From Oikopleura dioica (Eukaryota; Animalia; Chordata), in contig OU015566.1 in the NCBI GenBank assembly GCA_907165135.1, positions 11,408,001 to 11,472,000 of the forward strand: 64,000 bases of DNA, read 5' to 3'. Below, piece by piece: positions 1 through 12,977 of the stretch. Positions within the stretch are counted from its first letter, which is position 1. Every line of letters begins with the position of its first letter. A program made the translations under genes and the position numbers. The notes below the pieces were generated by a model. The model saw only the letters and a program-made list of their open reading frames with translations, was not told the DNA's origin and did not search any database.

Positions 1-934
1 AATCAAAAAGAGATAGATCGGTAGGGGTGTAGGTGGAGGTGCACAGATCGGCGATATTCGACACCAGACTCAGCAGCATCAGGACTGCTCCCCACTAGCA
101 GCACCCCTGCCTCTCGCACCCTCCGCCCACCTAAAAACCTTCGACGCTACAACTCATCAATCCTAATCATCAAAAGCTTAATAAGTCAACCAAAGCGCTA
201 ATAATCAAACACATCACTAGAAAAAAATATTTACAGAGAAGAAATTAAAGAAACTGTATTTGGAAGTTCAACTTAACAATTTCAAGTAGGTATAATTTCA
301 TATGAATTATTCAATTTACACATAATAAAAGGGGTTCTTAAAAATTCAAAAGGAAAGTTAAAATGGTTTTCTATAGTTGACTTTATTTTATCAGAACAAT
401 AATGCTCTATTCATTGAATAAAAAAAACAAGAAAATCATCATTTCCTACTCCAATTTTTGATAAATTTTCTTCATAAAAACGCATTTGTTTTCGTTCTCC
501 CAATTAGAAGCTCTGCGCGTTCACTTTATCAGCAGTTTAAATCACCACGGGGAAAGTCCCTGCACAAGGGGCCCAATTGAAACGTGTTCATGCAAAAAGG
601 TTTACGTTGACCAGCCCACTTGACTTTTACGAACCCCAGTAATCAAAAAACACGTAACAAGATCAGAAAATTAATAAATGATTTAGGAAGAGCGAGTCTT
701 GCAAGCTGAAAGAATAAAAAAAAACGCGGCGGGAGATGACAACGTGATAATGCGTCAGTTGTAGTGGTCACACTTGTGATCAACTCAAGTCCCAAAGTCC
801 AAAATTACATTCCAAAGGACTCAGAGGACTCATTATGAGGAACGGGCCTTGAACAGAAAAAGGTTGAATCAGAGAGAATAAAAAATTGTTAAAAAAGAGA
901 GTTTGAGGACCCAAGAAATAGTCCAAAAGCCGAC

Positions 935-2205
935 ATGACGAAGAGAAAATTAGTTGTTGTAGGAAACAGTTTTAAAATCATTCAACTGAAGGTTACTCAT
1001 GGTCAGGAAAATAGGTGGTACACTTGTGAATGAGGTTATTCTTTTTTAAAACTGTTAAAAAGGCGATGGAGCTTGTGGCAAAACCTGTCTTCTTATCGTT
1101 TTCAGCAGGGATGAGTTTCCCCGAGCGTAAGTGTTCGCCTCAATTATTCCCAATTTCCACACAGCTTTAGATACATTCCAACTGTATTTGACACGTATAT
1201 TTCGCAGATGGAAGTCGGCGGCAGAGAAGTTCAACTTACACTTTGGGACACGGCCGGGCAAGAGGAATTTGACCGTCTTCGGCCGCTGAGCTATCCTGAC
1301 ACTGGTAAGGAAGTTTGATTCGCACGCCCCTAAATGCAAAAAAATGAGATAGACAGGAGAGTTTCAACAAGTTTTTACTGATTGATTGATTGACACGACG
1401 CTCAAACCTATTTTTAAAAATGATTCTGATGTGGTTATTTGTAATTATAAACAGTTCATCAAGAGTCTTTTCATCAAAGAGTAAAATTGGCAAAGCTCCT
1501 TCAAAATGTCAACACTTTTTTTCCTTCAATTAGATCAAAATTTTTTGCTTCGATCTGAAATAAATTTTCAGATGTTATTCTGATCTGTTTCTCCGTCGAT
1601 TCCCGCGACTCACTAGAAAACGTATCAAGAATATGGGTGCCTGAAATAATGCATTTCTGCCCCAACATCCCCTTCATTCTTGTGGCGAATAAATCCGACC
1701 TGCGCGACGAAGACAAGGACCATATAACGTAAGTTTTTAAGTGGATGTTATTCATGAAAATGATTTTCTACCTGATCCCCTGCGGCCGGTAAATATTTTT
1801 GGTTGGTGGTTTTTTGGAGCTCCGAAAACCTGAAAAGACAGTCAATTAGCGCTCGTCCTCGCAGTAGATTCCCTCTAATTACATAATTACGAAAAATGTC
1901 TAAAAGCACGCCAGGCAGGTGATATAGAGCCATTTAGGTACGAGGAAGGGCTAAGTGTTGCCAACCAAATCAAGGCGCAAGGATATCTTGAATGCTCAGC
2001 CAAAACAAAAACTGGAGTGAGGGAAGTCTTCGAAGTCGCTGCAAAAGCGGCTTTACAGAAAAAGGAAAGGTTAATAATTTTGGTAGAAAGCATTGCCGAT
2101 GTTTTATCGAAAAACCAAGTTGACTTCTGACTGCTGTTATTGAACAAGTATTTACCTTGTAAGCAATCGAAAAAGCCCAATTGGTGTGGCTGCAACCTAA
2201 TCTAA
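935..2205 (+). CDS. Rho-family small GTPase (RhoA/B/C-like), multi-exon
   Basis: Spliced translation [10 protein letters not shown]|[21 protein letters not shown]|YIPTVFDTY...[20 protein letters not shown]|[10 protein letters not shown]...NKSDLR...[16 protein letters not shown]. The probable last exon ends [11 protein letters not shown] (CAAX); its splice junction is uncertain. Confidence 0.93.
963..1062 (+). other. Non-canonical GA-AG intron (intron 1 of the Rho gene)
   Basis: Removing gaaacag...aaaag joins VVVG to DGACGKT and restores the P-loop. No GT donor gives this junction. Confidence 0.8.
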
Positions 2206-2623
2206 CACGAACGTGCGCCAAACAGAAAATACACAAGAACCAAACAAGCAACTCCCTTCACCACCGAAAACCCTTCGTCCTTCACCTAAACATTTATTGA
2301 TACAACCTAGGAAAATATCGTAAATTCACGCTTTCTTCACCGTTCGCCAGTGCTACTCCAAACATGAAAGCAGTAGTTTAAAAATAGATCCTCAGCATCA
2401 CACAACTTTGAACAATTCAAAATTTGCCAATCTGTATAAAAATGACTCAAATTTCGAACGATTACTTCTCTTCATCAATCAAGTGACTTCTTATTTTTTG
2501 AATGCTCAAGCTACTCCGCTGTGCGGCTTTATTAATAAATGCTTGCAATGTAAAACAATGTTGCTAGAAAAACGAAAATTATGTATTAAAAAGAAAGAAT
2601 GCAGGATGAATGTTTTTAAAGAA

Positions 2624-3476
2624 TTATAGGCAGTTGAATGATATTCCAAAATGGTCAGAAATGAACTTAGGTCCTACTTTTTCTGTACCGACAAGTTGAA
2701 AATCGTCAATTTGAATACTGGCAGTGGTGAAGACTCGATCGAATCTAAAGATTTCTCACTGTTAGTGAATCGCTATAGCGATTCACTAACATATGTTCCT
2801 TGGTGGAATAATCGGATGTACAAACCTGCATCTTGGCTTGAATCCACCGCCGAAACTTTTGTTGTCATTTTTCAAGAGATCCCAAGTAAACTTCTTATTC
2901 GGGTCTTTTCCGCATCTCTCCCAGGCGTCTTTGAACTTTTCCAACGTCTAACTCAAATTTTAAAACAGTCAACACAAGAGTTTTTACTGGAGCTGGAAGG
3001 CTTTTGATTTCAGCATCCCGTGCATTGAGATCGCCTCCGAAGATGACTTTATCGGCGTTTGTTTTGTTCATGAAATCGAAGCAATGATGCAGCTGCTCGA
3101 TTCTCGCTTGCCCGTATTCTTTCATGCTTTCCAAGTGAGTTGTCATGAATAAGATCTCCTGACCGCATTTAGTAGTGACCCCGGAGAAGAGGACTCCGCG
3201 ACCCATTTGTGAGTTACCGAATGGTTTGTAGTTAACAACTGGCTCGCTGGCGACAATGGTTTTCCGGAAGAGCATCATGACGAAGTATTCACGAATGGAT
3301 TTGCCCGAGTAGTGGTAGAAGTCGAACATGTTGCTTTTTATGATCTCTTCGACTTCATCTGTAACTTCCTGGAGAAAAATAACGTCAAAGTCTGCCAAAA
3401 TAGGAATTAACTCCAGCGTTCTTTCAAAAAGCCCTTCTTTGTCGAGTCCATCGACATTCCAAGTAATAAACCTCAT
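2624..3476 (-). CDS. TDP2: Tyrosyl-DNA phosphodiesterase 2 (EEP family), 3 or more exons
   Basis: ITWNVDGLD, VIFLQEV, SQMGRG, TTHLES, IFGGDLNARD, FTWD, R|FDRVF and SDHFG motifs. Stop at 2624-2626. No upstream UBA exon identified. Confidence 0.92.
2760..2791. repeat. Perfect 32-bp palindrome inside a TDP2 intron
   Basis: tgttagtgaatcgctatagcgattcactaaca equals its own reverse complement. Confidence 0.95.
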
Positions 3477-3945
3477 CCCTGCCCTTTCTCAATCTAAGAG
3501 TTTTTCCCTGCTTAGTAAATTCTGCGACACAAATAATTTTCCTTGCTTTCACATGGATAGAAAAACAAGGAGAAACGAGCGACGATTATCTATGAATGTC
3601 TTTCCTGAAGAGGAAGGCTAGGTTTATTGCAAATTGAACTAAAAATGGTCCGCGTGACCAAGGATTTTCACCGGCCTCAGATTTGAATAAGAAATAAAGG
3701 TAATGGACAGAGTAACTTCTAAAGAATTTGTACCTGTTTATAAGTGTGTAAAGTAATTGTACAGTAATTTGAAGTTTTTTTTTTTGAAGTCGAGGGAATG
3801 AACACTAGGGGTCTGGTCTCATCGATATTTTCAGTGTTTGAAACATAAACAAAATTTGATAGTCAGATAACGATTTCTGTCGGAGTCAAGGAGTCAGATT
3901 GCAGCTTGTTTTGGGAGTTTTTGGAAGTGAACGAAGTTGAGTAAA

Positions 3946-5963
3946 TTACAATTCATCCTTGGCAGGGGTAGATCGGTTCTCCTTGACCCACTTTTCGAAG
4001 TCGGCGACGGATCGGCCTCCCTGGTACTTCTTGGGGTTGGTCTTGTCGCCAGCTGGTGCCCAGTAGAGAGTTGGGTAACCAGAAGCGGAGTAAGCAGGAT
4101 GTCCTAGATGAGATGTGAGAACTGAAAGAGGGGAAATTTCATACCTGGGTCGTTAGCAGTGGCGTCGAAGTCAGCAACGATGATTCCATCATCACCCTCC
4201 ATTTTCTGGGCAAACTCTTCCCAGGCGGGAGCCATTGCCTTGCAGTGTCCGCACCACGGGGCGTACATCTTGATGAAAACATCAGCATCGGTCTTCATAA
4301 CAATATCGTCCCAGTTCTTGCCAACAACCTGAACAAACACGTGTTAGCAAGCTAGATAGAGCGGTGATTGAGCAACCTTCTTGAGAGCGCCCTGCTCAGC
4401 TGGAACGTCTTCGGACTTGACCCAAGCTTCGACCTCTCCGGCGTTGAACTTTTCAATGAAAGCTCGAAGGCTCTTTCCATCGGTAGAGAATTCTTCCTCC
4501 ATGATGTATTTCTTATCAGCATCGTCGAAGATCACGACCTTTGGCTTGTCAAAAGTCCAGGAAGCACCATTGAGTTCGGAGTTGATCATTCCCATGAATT
4601 TCTTGTTGTCAGCGACGGCAAAGAACATGTCGCTGAAGTCCTGTCCGACCTTCATCACTCGGTTTCGCCAGTACTGAGTTCCCTTGGGATCCTAAAAATG
4701 GTCAAATAGGGCGAAGGACAATGAAAAAAGAACATACAAGATTGTAGTCGACTTTGTAGAAGGCCATGACAAGAGGTCGTTTAAGATCTCGGAGGTTGTC
4801 CATGGTGGCGATTGGGCAAGCACCAAGGGAGTTTTCTTTGATCCAGGCTTTGATCAAACCAACTAAAAAAACTTTGAATTGAGATCGAAAGTATTTGATT
4901 TACCGGTGTATTTCTCGCCGGTGTAGACAACTTCTCCCGCTTCAAACTTGTTCTTCATCGCTCTTGGTCGGTAGAGGACGATTTTACCGCTCTCCTGATG
5001 TTAGAGTAAGGATAAGAAAACGACTGAGATTTATACCTGTCCAGCAGCCTTGAGAACAGCAGCATCGGTAGAATGAGCGAATCGGAAGTCATCTCGAAGA
5101 GCTCCAGCGACTTGTTGGAAGACCTTGCCATTTCCGGTCTCGTAGTCGTCAAAGAAACCAACAATGATGGTCTGCTTGTTGTCCGAGACCTTCTCCCATT
5201 TGGCAGTTGAGTCAATAGCGGTGGATGCAGGGCCAGATTGCTTGCGCATGTAGGCGGTGATGCCGTCTTTTTAATAAGGTTAGAAATGACTTGGTAAACC
5301 AAGATTGGTAAATAGTCCCGCAGCTAGACTAAATAATGAATAATTACCAGCGGATCGAGCTCCTTCGTACTTTCCGCTCTCCTCAGCGGCCTTGAACATT
5401 TTAATGGTGGGGTAACCGGAGACTCCGTATTTCTGGCAGAGTTCGCCGTTGGCAGTGCAGTCGACCTATATACACATCATGCAAAGTATCGTAAAGAACA
5501 ATAAAAAATCAAATACTCAAATATTGTCCCTGTACCAAAAATTAAAAATGTCTGTACAAACCTGCGGTTCTAGGGCCAAGATAGTCTTTCTCTGGCTTAC
5601 CAGCTTTGAAAAACTTCAAAGTTGGGTAGCCAGAGACAAACTGTTCTTTACAGGGAGAGGGAAATTCTTGGCAATCAATCTGATATCGATTTGAGTTGAT
5701 GAAATAAAGGGAAAGGGATGTTTACTTTGGCTTGTTATTATTACCTTGGCGATTCGGATAGGAGGATCTTCTTCGATGAGAGCGTCGGCGGCAGCTTCGT
5801 ACTCGGGAGCGAGCTTTTTGCAATGACCGCACCACGGGGCGAAGAACTCGACCATCAAAGTGTCGTGTTGTTCGATGGCACCTTGGAAGGTCGAGGAGGT
5901 CAAATCCAAGACATTCGAGGAGAGAACTCCACTTACTGCCGCGAGGGCAGTTCCAAAACGCAT
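3946..5963 (-). CDS. PDIA3: Protein disulfide isomerase A3 (ERp57-like)
   Basis: Signal peptide [16 protein letters not shown], two APWCGHCK sites, FYKVDY...YWRNRVMKV and C-terminal KDEL* (stop 3946-3948). Confidence 0.93.
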
Positions 5964-6307
5964 TCTAATGAAACAGTTGTTAGTGCGAAAGAATAACGAT
6001 AAAATACGCATCTGGGCTTCAGTAGGCTGAAGAAAAATATCATTAAATACAAGATGATGAATAAAGTTATCGATTATTCAAACTATAATTTTTAAGTCGA
6101 TCAATTTTATTGTTATTTGTGGCCACAACTGTTCGATCTTCGCTCTAAATGAATTGATGAACGCTTCTCTCGAATTTTTCTCTGCAAAAATGGGACAAAC
6201 ATGCGTGAAAATTTCTGGCCAAGATTTATCGGTGATAAAAAGCGCCCGCTAAAAACGCGCGTCGCCAATCCTACAGGGCCAGCGCCGTTGCTCAGCAAGA
6301 AGCAAGG

Positions 6308-6315
6308 CCACGTCA
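6308..6315 (-). promoter_or_regulatory. UPRE (TGACGTGG) upstream of PDIA3; ERSE-like CCAAT-N9-CCAGC at 6265-6283
   Basis: Exact UPRE core on the PDIA3 strand ~345 bp before the ATG. The ERSE-like site has two mismatches. Function is inferred. Confidence 0.55.
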
Positions 6316-7114
6316 TCCGGCTTTGGGCCAGGGAAGAAAGCAAAAAAAGAAGGAAAAGAGTTTCTGCTCTCTTGAGACAATGGCTCCCGAAAATGCCAAA
6401 TTCATAAAGTGGAATAATCGGAAATCATGGAGAGAAGAGCAAATTTTAAATAAAAAAAGAATAATAAGCCTCAAGCACTCTAAGATAGATTTTTTCCTGC
6501 GATAAACAACCTGCGATCCGGATAAAAGTAATTTTAATAATAATAAGAATAAACACCGTCAATTAACAATCAACGCTTTGAACTGTCAGGGGAATTAGTA
6601 CGGCTTCGATTTCATAATCATTTCTGTTTTCTTCAGTCAGGCAAATAAAGACAACACTTTCAGATATTTTACACAATTCAGGCTCGCTCGACGGATGGTC
6701 TCTTCTTATTCAAGTCTTGCTTTGGGCACACTACTTTTTCTTATTAGACAGATACCGATCTTACTAACTTCCATTCTGCTCCATAAAAAGCGCCATCAAG
6801 TGGATGAATTTTCTTTTTATTGGTTTTATTTGAGAATATATGTAAATATATAAATAGAAGCTTTTCATCATTCGTTATTGCTTTTTTTTCTTATTAATTG
6901 ATAATTGATAGGGTTAGAAGGGATTTCCCGGGCAGTATAGTTTATAAAGATTTGTTAGGTCATTTGGAGAGTCAGGGGTATCATCAGAAATTACAGAACA
7001 CAAAAAATGCGAAGATCTACCATCTACGATTGGAGAATACAGATATATAAATATGCAAATCATCAGAAATCAGATCAGATGAACCTTTTCGAGGTTAATC
7101 GGGGTTTTTAAGAA

Positions 7115-8307
7115 TTAGAGCATGACGCACCATGAGCTCGAAGTCGTCTCGGGCTGAGCGATTGTGCCTTGACCTGGGACCGACGATTCAACGGTTATGA
7201 CGGTCTTCTCGGTTTTCTCAGCTATCAATTGGTTGACAAATTTTTAAATTAGGAATCAAGGAGGACAAACGAGTCTCGAAGATCTTTGATTCAACGAAAA
7301 TTGTCAACCTAACCAACTGGAGCTGGAGCATCACCAGCGGGAGTAATCTGTGCCACAGCTGGAGCAACTTCGGTCAGTATCGGGTACATCTTCTTCAAGA
7401 TCGCCACGATCTCATCGTATGCTCGTGGCAAATCGTCATTCACTACATCATGGCCCGTTAGAATGGTTAAAATCATTTCACACCGAATCAATTTAAAAAT
7501 TCAATCACCGACTTTTAAAAATTAACGATTTCACGAAGTGTTGATAACCACCAGTAATGTGTTATAGAAATGAACTGTTAGTAGATTTTCAACGTGCTAG
7601 CTAAACACTACTGATTCACCAGATTCTAACGAAAAACTTTGAAGAGCTCAACGTAGTCGAAACGCGGTTTCGAAGCTACTCTCCAAAGTTTTGTCCAACG
7701 ATGAAAACCAACCTATCACGTGATCGTAAGCTCCAGAGTCGGCATAATCGATCGCGCTCTTTGCCGTGTTCATTCTAGCTTGGATCTTCTCTTCTGTTTC
7801 AGTTCCTCGGCCTCGGAGGCGTTTTTCAAGCTCCTCGATGCTCGGTGGTTTGACAAAGATGTAAATTGGCTCCAAGTCGGTGTTCTTGAGCGCTTTCACT
7901 CCTTGCTCGTCGACGTCGAGGATGCAGATCATATTCTTCGCCGCCACATCGTGGACAGCTTTTTTCGACGTTCCGTACATGTTTCCACTAATCAAATCTG
8001 ATTTAAACCGCGTAACGAATCTTATATGTACCCAAAAGTCGCAGATTCAATAAACTCGCCACGCTCGACAGCGGCGGTCATATCCTCTTTTGTTGAAAAA
8101 TGATAATCGACGCCGTTTACTTCTCCTTCTCTAGGTCCTCTGGAGGTGTGACTGACGGAAAAGCCAAACTTGCCAGGGAATTCGGCGAAAAGCTTTTTCA
8201 GAATCGTCGACTTTCCTACACCGGAGGGTCCTGATATAAAAATTATCATCGGGTCGTTCAAAAAGGGGTAAAATACCAGACATGACGATAGGACGGAGGG
8301 AAGACAT
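7115..8307 (-). CDS. GUK1: Guanylate kinase with a C-terminal extension ending in CAAX (CVML)
   Basis: [11 protein letters not shown]|PSGVGKST...[21 protein letters not shown]...G|GNMYGTS...ILDVDEQG...VNDDL. A phase-1 GT-AG intron (7222-7313) joins a final exon 7115-7221 ending SSSWCVML*. Confidence 0.92.
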
Positions 8308-8794
8308 CTTTCTTTGACGATTTGATTAGTCTAGCGTCTCTGGAACAAAATAACAATGGAACAAACGTCTAAAAAGGGTACGTTTTTTGTTATGAAGGAC
8401 TGCAGAGCCCGGTGAATTCGGCCCGGGATAAACATGTCCTGCGGCGATCTGCCGAACTTCAGAAGGGTTTAAGAACCCCTAAATATAAAATAGTCAAAAC
8501 ACCCGAGGATGAAAGCTCATGCTTTTCAGCCTCTGTTATTTTTATCATTGGATATTACAGTGTTTGTAAAATTATATATTTTTTCAAAAAAATAAGAACC
8601 GTATAAACTTGGGAACTAATCTATCATCAACTCCCAAAAGTATATAAAAAGTATATATAATCTTGGTTGTAGCGTGAAGCTGAAGCTAGAGGGTATCAGT
8701 AACTGGCAGTTAAATAGGAATAAATGAAAGAAAATCATTCTGTTTCAATTGTGATTATGCTAGTCTCTCTGAGAGTAAGGCATCTTGAGGGAAA

Positions 8795-10624
<1,830 letters not shown>

Positions 10625-10798
10625 TTTCTTTTACTTTTCTCTTTCTAAAGCAAATAAGCGATTTATTAATGGTCAAGTATGTCCCAAACGAGTATTTTTG
10701 AAGCAATGTAGGTAAAATCAAATAGCGAGGCAATCAATGGTTCTTTCAAATAGGTAAAAATAAGATGTACAAGTAAAAGGCACAAAAGGGAGGAGGAT

Positions 10799-12845
10799 TT
10801 ATTGTCCGATGCGGGAGATGGCCCAATCGGCTTGACAAAGCGGACAACGGGGATTGTTCTTCGTCCACTGCACCATGCAATTGTTGTGAAAGGAGTGCCC
10901 ACAATCGCCCCAGACGATGAGAGTTCGCTCAGAATCCTAGAAAATAGAACACAAATGATTTCAAAGCCACTTACGTCTAAATCCATCAAGCTATTCCTAC
11001 AGATCGCGCAAGTCTCATTCGCAACATCCCAAGTCCAGTAATACACAAGATCAAAATCTTTGAATCCAAATTCGAAGTCTTCGTCGAAGTCTGAGAACTC
11101 TTCTTCTTTTGGCAGGTCGAGTTCCTTCTTCTTCTTTTTCGACTTTCGCGGTGGTTCCAGGGCTTCTTCTGTTGACGGACTTGGAGAACGGGATTTCTCA
11201 GCAATTTTCGGAAGATCTTGAACGATAAGTTCTTCTGCTTGGGGCGGCGAATATAGTTTTTCTTCTATGATTTCAGATACTTTTTCGGCGGCTGATAAAA
11301 TATCAGAATCCTGTGTTGGTGGATACGTCTTATTGATGACGACAGCGGCATTTGTATCGTCGATTTTATTATCTTTATTTTCAGGGGTAGAAACTAGGAG
11401 ATTCGAATTTAAGAGAGTCTGTGGTTTCGATGGAAGGAGCTGAGAAGGGATATCATTTTCTTGAAAGGAGGGTTTTTCGTGTTTATTATCAGGTTCTTTC
11501 GGTAGTTCTTCTTTTTGTTCTTTTTCTTTGGCGATAACTTTTTCAGAGGTTAGATTTGAAGAAGGTTCAAACTCTTTCGAGTTGTTGTTCTTATCCGCTT
11601 GCTTTGCAATAACAATTTTTTCAGAAGAAATGGGCTTTGGTGACTGTTCAGGTGTTCGTCCAGCTGATGGCGAAGATTTTGGACTCGCAGGCTTTTCCTC
11701 CTTTCGAGTTGGTTCGAAGACTTTTGCAGCGACTTTTTCTGGCAAAGGTTTTGGTGTCGTATTCTTCTCTGTTGTTTTAGGAGCTAACGCTCTTGATGAA
11801 TTTTCTCTAATGGTTTCATCTGCAGATGACAAAGAAGGTCTTGAACTGGATTCAGACGGTTCTAGAACCGATTTTATGGTACCAGACTGAGGCGGAAAGA
11901 CAGCCGAAGAAACAACATTTTCGTCCAATAGAACTTGTTTAGCAGGTTCTTCTTTTATTACTGGTGTGGTTTCCGTAATTGGTTGCGTTTGGTCCGCCTT
12001 CAAGAGTACTTTTTTCTCTGGTATTTTTTCAATGTCGTTCTTCTTCTGAGTCTTCGGACTTGGGGTCTTTGGTTTTTCTTCTTTCAGTTCAAGCTTCGGC
12101 GATTTAATTTCTTTGTTTTTCTTTTCTAAATGCTGATCTTTGCTCCCAACTTTTATCGAGTGTTTTTCATCTTTTTGAGATATGTTCGCAGGCGTGGCAG
12201 GCTGAATATCAATCTTCTCCACTTTTGAGCTCGCCGCTTTCTCTTCTTCCTTTTCTACCGGTTTGGGCGGCTCAACTTCTTCTTCAGAACTCGTTTCGTA
12301 CACAGGCACTTTGGGTCGATAGCCAGTTTGCTTACACGGTCCTTTTTTAAGGTGATCGTACATCGTGTTCATGGAGACAGGCGCAGTTTGATGCCTCTCG
12401 TCGTAACTCATCGTTCGTCTTTCTCGACGACGATCCATTTCATCTTGATCTGGCTCCACATAAACGATGCCTTTTTCTCCAGCTCGGCGGGCGCGCATTC
12501 GGGCGATTTCGTCTCTCAATTGTGTTTATAAGCGAACTCTCGAAAAATGATTTGTAAGCAGTTTTTAAACACGTGCCTAGCATCTTGGCTTATTTCCTCT
12601 TCGCTTGACTCCTCAGACTCAACAACTGGCGGCTTGAAGCTTACATAATTGTAAGGCATTTTCTGAGCAGGTGGACCTCTTTGTCGACTCAATGCTGCTG
12701 GTATTCTCGGCGGGCGATGAGTGCCTGTCATTTTGACCGGGGTTTTCGGAGGCACTCTCTTGGCGCCCGCTTGTACTGAGGTAGAAACAGCTGCCCCAGA
12801 GGTCGACCCGGGAATGGACCAGAGACCCCAGTTTCTATCCCCCAT
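10799..12845 (-). CDS. RBX2/RNF7-like RING-H2 protein with a ~590-aa low-complexity N-terminal extension
   Basis: C-terminus FKDFDLVYYWTWDVANETCAICRNSLMDLD|DSERTLIVWGDCGHSFHNNCMVQWTKNNPRCPLCQADWAISRIGQ*. It is continuous with a long E/K/P/S-rich ORF. Introns are ~38 nt (GT-AG) and ~62 nt (GC-AG). Confidence 0.85.
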
Positions 12846-12977
12846 CTGAAGATAAAAGAATGATGATTGATTGAAAGGACTATGTTTTAATGAATGTGGA
12901 CATCTACAGAAAAGATACAGAGGTACAAGTTTACATTAAATTTAAATTATTAATGCTAAGTCAGAAAGAGTTTGTTT

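Noticed and set aside
1-200. Open frame ending SRTLRPPKNLRRY..., reminiscent of retrotransposon pol C-termini
   Set aside because: Too short, no catalytic motif, no LTR or convincing polypurine tract; truncated by the window edge.
1055-2251. Several minus-strand ORFs
   Set aside because: Antisense shadows of Rho exons and introns.
4368-5996. Plus-strand ORFs over PDIA3
   Set aside because: Antisense to a well-supported gene, with no motifs.
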